Part shown: positions 21,025 through 29,700 of the stretch, piece by piece
Layout: the number at the start of each line of letters is the position of its first letter
Position numbering within the stretch: position 1 is the first letter of the stretch
Source: an uncultured Bacteroidales bacterium
Lineage (GTDB): Bacteria; Bacteroidota; Bacteroidia; Bacteroidales; FEN-979
Direction of reading: 5' to 3'
Length of the DNA stretch: 64,000 bases
Assembly: GCA_903959905.1 (NCBI GenBank)
Contig: CAJBYO010000029.1
Coordinates: forward strand, 169,518-233,517
Program-made: the position numbers and the translations under genes
Notes under the pieces: generated by a model
The model's input: the letters and a program-made list of their open reading frames with translations, nothing else
Databases searched by the model: none
Told to the model about the DNA's origin: nothing

Positions 21025-21072
21025 CATTGTTTACATTGCCTGCATTGCATTCATTAATTACATTGTTTGCAT
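21025..21072. repeat. 9-bp tandem array, reverse complement of the 20581-20687 family (5-6 units), reverse arm
   Basis: Units read cattgttta cattgcctg cattgcatt cattaatta cattgtttg cat. Their reverse complements are the words aatgtaaac and aatgcaggc of the left arm. Confidence 0.85.
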
Positions 21073-21096
21073 AAATATACTTCTAACCGTTTTCCC

Positions 21097-22458
21097 ATGA
21101 GCAGATACCTGATTGTGTTTTTCTTCCTGGCAAGCACTGTTGCCGGGGCACAAAATACCATAGAGGGAAACATCAGCGGGTTTGACGGGAAGATGATTTA
21201 CCTGGCAAGCATCTACGGTGAAAAAATTAAGACCATTGACTCCGCATCACCGGATGGCAGCGGTAATTTCAGGTTTCTGATCAGCAATCGCCTTCCCGGG
21301 ATGTACCGTGTGAAATGGGAAAAGGATGGCTGGGTTGACCTGATCTGGAACCAGGAGAATGTAAAATTCACCACCTCATCCCAATTTCCTGACGACAGTC
21401 TCAGGATAATTTCCTCTGTTGAAAATGCAATCAACCAGGCTTATTTAAGGCTTGACCGGCTCAACCAGGCAAAGTTGCAGGTGCTTATCCCGGTTGTTGA
21501 TTTTTACCCTGTGAAGGATGCTTTTTTCAGCGCTGCCGCCATGGAAATGGAGAATATTCAGATGAAACAGCAGAAGTACCTGGACTCCCTCGCTGCGATT
21601 TACCCCAGGTCTTTTGCCGTGCGCATGGCAAAAGTTTACCAGGCACCGTTTATCACGGCCTCTCTGCTCAAGGAAGACCGTGTGCTGTTCTTAAAGCAGC
21701 ACTACTTTGACCGTGTCGACTTCTCTGATACCTCCCTTCTGAGGAGCATGGTATTTGTGAACAAGGCCATTGCCTATCTGTCAATATACAGCAATAACAG
21801 GCTCCCGCAGAAGCAGCTTGAGGCGGAATTCATCAAGGCGGTTACCCTGATGCTTGGTGCAGCTTCTGTCAACCCGGTGATCTACAAGTTCTGGCTTGAT
21901 TACCTGGTGGGAGGGTTTGATAAATACCATTTTGACGAGGTGATCACCTATATCGCCGATAATTTCCAGGATCCTTCATCGTGTGAGGACCAGGAGCGAA
22001 AGTCGTCACTGCAGAAAAAACTTGACACCTTTAAAAAGCTTGCCATCGGGAAAGTGGCCCCCGACCTTGAAGTGCCAGATCTTAAAAGAAAACCATTTAA
22101 ACTTTCATCAATAAACGCCGAATATACCCTGGTGGTTTTTTACGCAACCACATGCCCGCATTGCATGACGATGGCTCCCCGGCTGAAGGAACTTTACGAA
22201 AAGCAGCAGCCGAAAAAGTACGAGGTGATGTTCGTGTCGATTGATACCAGTTTTGCCGATTGGAGTTCCTTTATCAGGGATACGAAGCTGAAATGGATCA
22301 ATGTGTCAGACCTGAAAGGGTTTAACGGGAAATCGGCAGATGATTACAACATCTATGCAACCCCCACCATGTTTTTGCTTGACAGGGAGAAGAAGATCCT
22401 GGCAAAGCCCATTTCACTGATGGAGCTGGAACAGGCGCTCAGGGATTATAACCTGTAG
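21097..22458 (+). CDS. Thioredoxin-fold (TlpA/AhpC-like) secreted protein with large N-terminal domain
   Basis: Start moved to MSRYLIVFFFLASTVAGAQN (signal peptide). C-terminal thioredoxin fold with VVFYATTCPHCMTMAP (CxxC). Confidence 0.65.
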   Translation: MSRYLIVFFFLASTVAGAQNTIEGNISGFDGKMIYLASIYGEKIKTIDSASPDGSGNFRFLISNRLPGMYRVKWEKDGWVDLIWNQENVKFTTSSQFPDDSLRIISSVENAINQAYLRLDRLNQAKLQVLIPVVDFYPVKDAFFSAAAMEMENIQMKQQKYLDSLAAIYPRSFAVRMAKVYQAPFITASLLKEDRVLFLKQHYFDRVDFSDTSLLRSMVFVNKAIAYLSIYSNNRLPQKQLEAEFIKAVTLMLGAASVNPVIYKFWLDYLVGGFDKYHFDEVITYIADNFQDPSSCEDQERKSSLQKKLDTFKKLAIGKVAPDLEVPDLKRKPFKLSSINAEYTLVVFYATTCPHCMTMAPRLKELYEKQQPKKYEVMFVSIDTSFADWSSFIRDTKLKWINVSDLKGFNGKSADDYNIYATPTMFLLDREKKILAKPISLMELEQALRDYNL

Positions 22459-22590
22459 GCGATTTACGATTGGACGATTTACGATTTCAGATTAAATTTA
22501 TTGATTAACGATCTACGATTAGCGTTGCTTAATCGTAAATCGTCAATCCTGCAATTCATTCGTCATTCGTCATTCGTCCAATCGTAAATC
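22459..22590. repeat. GATT-word array with nested inverted repeats plus TTCGTCA x3, filling a convergent spacer
   Basis: gacgatttacgatt (22474-87) pairs with aatcgtaaatcgtc (22531-44). gatttacgattgga (22462-75) pairs with tccaatcgtaaatc (22577-90). ttcgtca x3 lies at about 22556-22577. The array starts on the base after the TAG at 22456-58. Confidence 0.85.
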
Positions 22591-22611
22591 CCTCTTATTT
22601 TATTCGCCCAC

Positions 22612-24831
22612 CTAGTATTTAATAATCCTTGCTGTTGCAGAGGTTCCTCCGTTCACCAGCCTGATCACATACATTCCGTTGGGGCTTCCCCGGAGTGAAA
22701 ACTCAAGTTTTCTGGCCGGGGTTAATTGTTCGCTGAATAATTTATCGCCACGCATTCCGTATATTTCAACCTCACCTGACAGGTTTTCGCCGTTCACCGA
22801 TTCCAGTGTAAACGCACCAGTAGTGGGATTGGGGTATATGCGGAAGTAGCTGTTATGAGCCCATTCTGCGGGTATTTCAGTTGTTATGCCAGCCAGTTCA
22901 TCCTCTTTCAGTGCCAGGGGCAATGTATGCGGAACAGCATTGCAGAACAGGCAATTGTTGGAGATATAGGCATGCAGGTAACCGCCACTGCTGACAGAAG
23001 CGCCGCTCAGCATCCGGATGTCTTTGCCTGAGATCAGGATAGCCGATCCTCCGCTTTGGACCAGGAACGTACCGTGTTTGCCGGGAAGAAAAATGGTATC
23101 GGTCGCGTCAGAGCACAGTGTCTGGCCTGATGGCACCGTGATACTGAACAAGGTACGGTTTGGCGGCGGCAGCGGTTTGATCGAAATCGTTTTAGTTTTT
23201 GAACCGAAACACCCTGCGGTATTATTGTACCCGCAGGTCAATGTATGACTGTCGCCGGTGGTTGTCCAGTTGACATGAATGGTGCTTGTTCCGTTTCCGG
23301 ATACAATTACCCCGCCCGACGACAATGACCAGTTGTAGCCGGTTTTCCCGGTTTCAGTTGAGTATGGAACCCCTGTTGCCCCTGCACAAACCATCGTGTC
23401 GCCGGATATTGTCGGCACCGGTGGTGCGCTTATGTTGACAGTGAGGAACCTGGCTGGCCCTGTGCCACAAGGGTTGGTTCCCTCGACGGAGAGCACCCCG
23501 GAAGCCGCATTCTGACTGAAATCCACCACGATGGCATGGGTATTGGCTCCCGAAACAATGGCAGCCCCTGCCGGTATGCTCCAGGTATAACCTGTTGCAT
23601 TGGAAATTGGCGGGATAGAATAAGCAACGCCCGAACTGCCCTTGCAAACCTGGGCATTGCCGGAAATTACCCCTGCACCATAAGGCTGGCAGGTATAAAC
23701 CTCAACGGAATCACTTACAACACTGCTGTAGTTTCCAAGTGTGTCGCGGAATTCAAAACTTGCCAGGTGCTTCCCGAGTGTCAGATACGGTAATTCCACC
23801 GAATCAAGAAGAACAGCCTCGGTTGCAGCGGGTGAAATCTTCACCGATCGCAATGTGGCGGGGTTATTATCAAACCAATATCGGTATCCGCAAACGGCAT
23901 TCGCCACAATATCAGCTGTTCCACTTTTGTATATATAACTGGAGGAGACTATACTGGAAAAGTCACCATTGTTGAAACGCATATGTGCCTTGTGAAGGCC
24001 CGGCTGGAGTGCACCGGCATTTATCGTGGCTACAAGATCGGCAGTTGGCTGATTTGCAAGGGGTACTGTAACTTTGCCTGCAGGATTGTCGTCAAACCAA
24101 TATTCATAGGATATGAGGTTGTTCTGGTAAGCGGTGCCATGCTTGTAGAACAGGTCCGACTCCGTTGAACTCCAGGTATTGGTTGTGTTTCTAAACCTGA
24201 TATGGAATGCATGGAAACCCAGTGATAAAGAGGTTGCCGTAATCACCGACGACAAATCGAGCACCTGCGTGCTGGCAATATTCACGGACGTTTTGGAACC
24301 ATAGTTGTTGTCAAACCAATATTCATAACCTGAAAGAAGCATCTCCGGCATAATGACAAAATAGGCTGAAGTGGTTGAACTGTAAGTACCTGTAACATCA
24401 CGGAACCTGATATGGAAGGTGTTCATCCCCGATGGCAGGCCGGAAGCAGAAATGGCGGAGGTCAGGTCAAGGAAATTCGTGTTGCTTACACTTACAACCG
24501 TCTTTCCGGCATAATTGCCATTAAACCAATATTCATAGCCATTGATCAGGGTGGAAACCGGGAAAAAGAACATGGAGGTACTGACCTGGCTGTATTGCAG
24601 TGAGTCATCCTTAAACCGGATGTTGAAGCGGTGGAATCCGACAGGAAAAGTCGGAACATTCACCGATGTGGTCAGGTCCAGCGTGGTGGCCGGACTAACG
24701 GACTGGCTGATCATCCCTGCGGCATTATCATCAAACCAGTATTGGTAGCCGATGATTTTTGGCGCCTGGGCAAAAAGCAGATGTAACGGGATCACCAGGA
24801 GTCCTGAAATGAGGAGTAATATTTTTCTCAT
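22612..24831 (-). CDS. T9SS-secreted surface protein: five YxYWFDxN repeat modules, two PKD-like Cys-containing modules, T9SS C-terminal sorting domain
   Basis: Signal peptide. About 75-aa modules begin GYQYWFDDNAAG, GYEYWFNGNYAG, GYEYWFDNNYGS, SYEYWFDDNPAG and GYRYWFDNNPAT, each ending H.F.IRF.D. Also ..VC.G..GV.YS....ATGY.WS.P.GA.IVSG.. x2. C-terminal YPNPTTGAFTLE...GMYVIRLV. Confidence 0.75.
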   Translation of the reverse strand: MRKILLLISGLLVIPLHLLFAQAPKIIGYQYWFDDNAAGMISQSVSPATTLDLTTSVNVPTFPVGFHRFNIRFKDDSLQYSQVSTSMFFFPVSTLINGYEYWFNGNYAGKTVVSVSNTNFLDLTSAISASGLPSGMNTFHIRFRDVTGTYSSTTSAYFVIMPEMLLSGYEYWFDNNYGSKTSVNIASTQVLDLSSVITATSLSLGFHAFHIRFRNTTNTWSSTESDLFYKHGTAYQNNLISYEYWFDDNPAGKVTVPLANQPTADLVATINAGALQPGLHKAHMRFNNGDFSSIVSSSYIYKSGTADIVANAVCGYRYWFDNNPATLRSVKISPAATEAVLLDSVELPYLTLGKHLASFEFRDTLGNYSSVVSDSVEVYTCQPYGAGVISGNAQVCKGSSGVAYSIPPISNATGYTWSIPAGAAIVSGANTHAIVVDFSQNAASGVLSVEGTNPCGTGPARFLTVNISAPPVPTISGDTMVCAGATGVPYSTETGKTGYNWSLSSGGVIVSGNGTSTIHVNWTTTGDSHTLTCGYNNTAGCFGSKTKTISIKPLPPPNRTLFSITVPSGQTLCSDATDTIFLPGKHGTFLVQSGGSAILISGKDIRMLSGASVSSGGYLHAYISNNCLFCNAVPHTLPLALKEDELAGITTEIPAEWAHNSYFRIYPNPTTGAFTLESVNGENLSGEVEIYGMRGDKLFSEQLTPARKLEFSLRGSPNGMYVIRLVNGGTSATARIIKY

Positions 24832-24837
24832 CGTTCC

Positions 24838-25908
24838 CTATTTTTCCTGGGCAGCAACCTTGAAATGGATGTTGAGCGTGCCGCTGGGGCTTGTTGATCC
24901 GGCCACATATTTGAACCGGATGTGCGGGTTCACAGGCAGCATGCCATCCTTGAAAGGATCACCTCCGTAAATTCCACAGTCGGTGCCATCGCTGCCACCG
25001 TTGATGCCCGGACTGCCTGCAATAAGATGGTAATTGTGATGAATATCATAAACATTGCCACTTTGGCTGGTATAAATCTGTTCATTCGGCACATTTTCAT
25101 GGTTCCCCGATAAGTTGCCAAACCCATTCAGGTTTGCCATACAGGAGCCATAATAGTCGTAGTAAAATCCAATTGGTCCGTTAAAGAGATTATAGAAATA
25201 ATTGTTGTCAGTACACTGAATTGGAATCCAACCATAATAGGCCACGCAGGAATTCTTGAAAATGTTGTTGGATAAAGTTGAATTTCTCACGTAAGAATTA
25301 AGCGTTTTATTGCCACCCCACAAAAAATTGTTGTGTAAAAATGTGGCGCCATAAAAGTAATTCAGCTGGCCGTCAAATATATTATTCCTGAAACTGGCAT
25401 TGGAATGGCCGCCGTAAACATGTCCGCGGATGATGTTTTCACGGAAAAGGAAAGATGACGTGGTTGTGTCAGTGCCATTGTTTGAAAGATAAATGGTGTT
25501 GAGGTTGCACCTTGAAATGAAATAGGATGAAACATGCTGGTTGGCCTGGTTGGTACCAAAGGTGAGTTGCCCGGTAAGGATAAATCCCTGCAGGCTCCCG
25601 TTGTCTGCCCCCGACACGATGGTGATGTTGCCGGTGAGATACGTGGTTCCTGTGGCATAGCAGGAGTCAGGATAGATCCCGGCACCAATGATATGAACGC
25701 CTTTATTTATCACCAGTGTCCCAATGTTCATCAGGGCTGTTCCGGGAAGGTAAACATAATCGCCATTGGAGGAATGCACGATGGCAGAATCAAGACGTGT
25801 AAAGAATTCGCTGCCGCCGGCTGCATGGTTTACGGCAATCAACTCCTGGGCTGAAAGGGTGTTCATCCCGAGAAAAAAAATGAAACATGCTGAAAGAAGA
25901 CTTTTCAT
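24838..25908 (-). CDS. Secreted right-handed beta-helix-like protein (hypothetical)
   Basis: Signal peptide MKSLLSACFIFFLGMNTLSAQ. Recurring N-rich turns (FRENIIRGH, FRNNIFDGQ, LHNNFLWGG, LSNNIFKNS) suggest parallel beta-helix coils. The stop lies 6 nt before the downstream gene's start. Confidence 0.55.
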   Translation of the reverse strand: MKSLLSACFIFFLGMNTLSAQELIAVNHAAGGSEFFTRLDSAIVHSSNGDYVYLPGTALMNIGTLVINKGVHIIGAGIYPDSCYATGTTYLTGNITIVSGADNGSLQGFILTGQLTFGTNQANQHVSSYFISRCNLNTIYLSNNGTDTTTSSFLFRENIIRGHVYGGHSNASFRNNIFDGQLNYFYGATFLHNNFLWGGNKTLNSYVRNSTLSNNIFKNSCVAYYGWIPIQCTDNNYFYNLFNGPIGFYYDYYGSCMANLNGFGNLSGNHENVPNEQIYTSQSGNVYDIHHNYHLIAGSPGINGGSDGTDCGIYGGDPFKDGMLPVNPHIRFKYVAGSTSPSGTLNIHFKVAAQEK

Positions 25909-25969
25909 GGCTGAGGTTTTTGGGTTAATAATAGGGGATTGTAATACTTTTATGTAGATTAATTAAGCG

Positions 25970-25977
25970 CAAATGTA
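25970..25977 (-). promoter_or_regulatory. -7 box (TAnnTTTG) for the beta-helix/YWFDNN operon
   Basis: The minus strand reads tacatttg, about 62 nt upstream of the ATG at 25908. Confidence 0.4.
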
Positions 25978-26078
25978 AAATGAAAAACCATAGAAACAAA
26001 TAAAAAGGTATAATAATTCCTGAATAGGTGCGAAGATAGACGGAGACACATATGGTTTTTGTATTCCGGTGATTTTTT

Positions 26079-26086
26079 TACCTTTG
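26079..26086 (+). promoter_or_regulatory. -7 box (TAnnTTTG) upstream of ruvA
   Basis: tacctttg lies 49 nt upstream of the ATG at 26135. Confidence 0.45.
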
Positions 26087-26134
26087 CACTTTTTCCGGGT
26101 AACCGGGTCAGGCTTTCAGCAAGCAGCAGCGCAG

Positions 26135-26719
26135 ATGTACGATTATATTCAAGGAAAACTGGTAGAGAAAAACCCTGCCTATGCAGTGGTTGATGTGAAT
26201 GGTATTGGCTATTTGCTGAATATTTCTATCCATACATACGGGCAGATCCGGCAGGACGAGCACTGCAAGTTATACACGCATCTTGTTGTGCGGGAGGATG
26301 ACATGCTGTTATACGGATTTTCAGGTGCTGGCGAACGTGAGTTGTTCAGGCAGCTCATCAGTGTTTCCGGGGTAGGGGTGAATACGGCCCGTATCATCCT
26401 TTCATCCCTTTCACCCGATGAAGTGGTGAGGGCAATTGCTGAAGGAAATGCCATGCTGCTGCAGCGGATCAAGGGTATCGGGGCAAAAACTGCCCAGCGA
26501 ATCATTATTGATTTGAAAGATAAGGTTTCAAGGGAGCTTGTTCCCCATGAAAAATCCGGATTTTTGCACAATACAAAGAAGGAAGAAGCGTTATCAGGAT
26601 TGATCATTTTGGGCTTCCCGAAGATGCTTGCTGATAAAGCGTTGACTAAAATTATTGAATCGGAAGGAACAGGATTGACAGTGGAACAACTGATCAAGCA
26701 CGCGCTCAAGGTTTTATAG
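26135..26719 (+). CDS. ruvA: Holliday junction DNA helicase subunit RuvA
   Basis: MYDYIQGKLVEKNPAYAVVDVNGIGY is a canonical RuvA N-terminus. HhH motifs are present (LISVSGVGVNTARIILS, LQRIKGIGAKTAQRII). Start moved from 26069. Confidence 0.9.
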   Translation: MYDYIQGKLVEKNPAYAVVDVNGIGYLLNISIHTYGQIRQDEHCKLYTHLVVREDDMLLYGFSGAGERELFRQLISVSGVGVNTARIILSSLSPDEVVRAIAEGNAMLLQRIKGIGAKTAQRIIIDLKDKVSRELVPHEKSGFLHNTKKEEALSGLIILGFPKMLADKALTKIIESEGTGLTVEQLIKHALKVL

Positions 26720-26746
26720 CGTGAAAGTTCCTGAGAATATATCACC

Positions 26747-29700
26747 TTGCTGGACTTAGTGAAGAAAAAGAATTTATACGCTCTCTTATGTTTAGCCGTC
26801 CTGGTTACCCTGCGTATCCCGGTTTTCTCCGGAGAAACAGCTGGTAATTTTGTCATGGATGGCATCTTTGTCATGTCAGCCCCCGACAGCCTGAAAAAAG
26901 GTGACCCCGGGTCGCTGAGATACCCCTTTAGCGACGAAACAGTCATGCCCGGGTCGGGGAAAGAGAATCCCATGTACCTGAAGAATCCGGCCAATATCAA
27001 AACGGTGGTTGAATATGACCCCGTTTCACGCCAGTATTATTACACCTACCGGATCGGGGAAACCGTTTACAGGATACCCACCACCATGTCGTTTGACGAA
27101 TTCCAGAACGAAGACATGCAGACCATGATAAACCGCTACTGGAAAGAACGTTCGGAGGCGGCGACCATGGACAACTCCAAGGGGATCATTCCAAAGATAC
27201 GCATCCCGGGAAAAGTATTTGAAACGATTTTTGGCAATAATACCGTTGATATCCGCCCGCAGGGATCGGCGGAAATTGATTTCGGCATCGTGTCGAACCG
27301 CCGCGACGACCCCATGCTCAGCACCCGCCAGCGCAGGCAGACCAATTTCGATTTCAACGAGAAGATCCAGATGAATGTGGTGGCCAAGATCGGCGACAAA
27401 ATCGAGTTCAAAATCAATTACAACACAGAGGCCACGTTTGATTTTGAGAATAAGCTCAAGCTGAAATACGAGGGCAAGGAAGACGACATCATCCAGTTGA
27501 TCGAGGCCGGAGACGTGAACCTGCCGCTGAATACCACGCTCATCAAGGGAACTGAAAGTCTTTTCGGTGTGAAAACCAAACTGCGTTTCGGGAGGCTTAC
27601 AGTAACTGCCTTATACTCTCAACAGAAAAGCGAGACCAAGAACATTGTGGTACAGGGTAATGCCCAAACCCAGAAGTTCACCATCAGGGCCGATGATTAC
27701 GAAGAGAACAAGCACTTCTTTATCGGCCAGAATTTCCGGACCACCTTCAGGGAAGCCACCAAAAAATTACCGGTCATCACCTCCAACGTCAACATTCTGA
27801 AAATTGAGGTCTGGGTGACCAACATCGGCGCTGCCGTGACCGAAAACCGCAATATTATTGCGTTTATGGACCTTGGTGAAAGCAAGCCCTACAATACCAG
27901 GCTTTTCACAGGCGATCCGAACCGTAAATTTCCTTCCAACAACTCCAACAACCTTTTCCCGGTGCTGATGCCAACGGCGGTTGACACAGCCAAGGTGCGC
28001 AACATCAACACCGTGAGCAGTTACCTTACCGGCTCACCGTTCTTTATGACTCCCGGCGAGGATGTGGTGAAGATTGAAAGTGCGCGCAAACTGCTCCCGT
28101 CAGAGTTCAGCTATAATCCCAAACTTGGATTTATCTCACTGAACACAGCGCTGAACTCAGACCAGACCCTCGCCATCGCCTACCAGTACCAGGTGGTTGG
28201 CGACCCGGTAGTATACCAGGTGGGTGAATTTTCCGACCAGGGGATCATTTCTCCTAACTGCCTTGTTGTTAAGCTGTTGAAGAGCCCTTCGCTGAACACA
28301 AGGGTTCCGACATGGAACCTGATGATGAAAAACGTTTATGCCCTCGGCGCTTACCAGCTCCAGCCTGCTGATTTTACGCTCAATATCCTCTATTCGGGCA
28401 ATGCCAACGGTGTGCCAACTGCTTACTTGTCAGAAGGCCGCATTAAGGGAGTTCCACTGGTGAGGGTGCTGAACCTTGATAACCTCAACCAGCAGATGAA
28501 CCCTCCGGGCGACGGGATGTTTGACTTTATCGACAACGCGACAACACAGGGCGGTACAGTGCAGTCATCCAACGGAAGGATTTTCTTCACGGTGCTTGAG
28601 CCATTCGGGCAAGACCTGCGGGATTCGATTTTTGATCCGGCCAATCCGAAAGCATCACTTGAAATGGCCGATAAATACTGCTTTGATTCCCTGTATACCA
28701 TGACAAAATCCATGGCCAGGCAGTATCCCGATAAAAATAAATTTGTCCTTGACGGCTTCTATAAGTCCTCAGCAGGTTCTGAAATTTCCCTGAACTCGCT
28801 GAATGTACCTCCCGGGTCAGTGAAAGTTACCGCCGGCGGGGTGTTGTTGCAGGAAAATGTTCATTACACCGTTGACTATACACTTGGAAGGGTCAGGATC
28901 ATCAATGAGGGAATCCTTGCTTCGGGCACTCCCATTAACATTTCGCTTGAAAGCAATGAGATGTTCAATGTGCAGACAAAGCGGCTGATGGGTGCCCATC
29001 TTGACTACAAGATCAACAAGGACTTTGTTGTCGGAGCTACCATCCTGAACCTGAATGAGCGCCCGCTTACGCAAAAAGTTAATTACGGCGACGAGCCGAT
29101 GTCGAACACCATCTGGGGACTTAACCTTTCATACCGCACACAGTCGAGGCTGATTACGCGCTTCGTGGATGCATTGCCTTTCATCACCACCAAGGCGCCA
29201 TCGTCCGTTGCAGTAGATTTTGAGTTTGCCCAGTTCATTCCAGGCCATTCAAAATCCATTGGAAAAGCAGGAACCACTTACATTGACGATTTTGAGGGAG
29301 CCAAATCCACCATCGACCTGAAGAATATTTCAAACTGGTACCTGTCAAGCACTCCACAGGGCCAAACCACCTCCCGGATGTTTCCCGAGGCTGCAGCCGG
29401 TTCGGGACTTACTTACGGTTACAACAGGGCCAAACTTGCATGGTATATCATTGACCCGTTGTTCTATGATAAAAATACCACCCTGCTGCCTCCCAATGTA
29501 TCCAACCGCGAATTATCCAATCAGTACGTCCGGCAGGTGTGGGAAACGGAGATCTTCCCGAACAAGCAGCCTTTAAACGGTGTTCCTGTTAACCTGGCTG
29601 TTCTGAATATGGCCTATTATCCGAGTGAGCGGGGATCATACAACTACGACATTAAGCCCACGTCCGTGTCGAGGGGGCTAAACGCCGACGGAACGCTGGC

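Noticed and set aside
20477-21074. ORFs 20477..20968 (-) and 20856..21074 (+) in the spacer between the TlpA-like genes
   Set aside because: They are composed largely of array-derived peptide repeats (LFALPALS, KSHKVHTKSHK) and overlap the 3' end of the TlpA gene. They have no domain-like sequence.
26209-27000. 263-aa minus-strand ORF overlapping ruvA and the sprA start
   Set aside because: It is a shadow ORF antisense to two well-supported genes and has no recognisable motifs. The same reasoning applies to 34905..35618 (antisense to uvrC), 13918..14505 (prfB), 12924..13403 (fumC), 16227..16814 (GH38), 37253..37834 (the TonB-dependent-receptor-like gene), 51827..52438 (sufC) and 1096..1641 (the giant adhesin).
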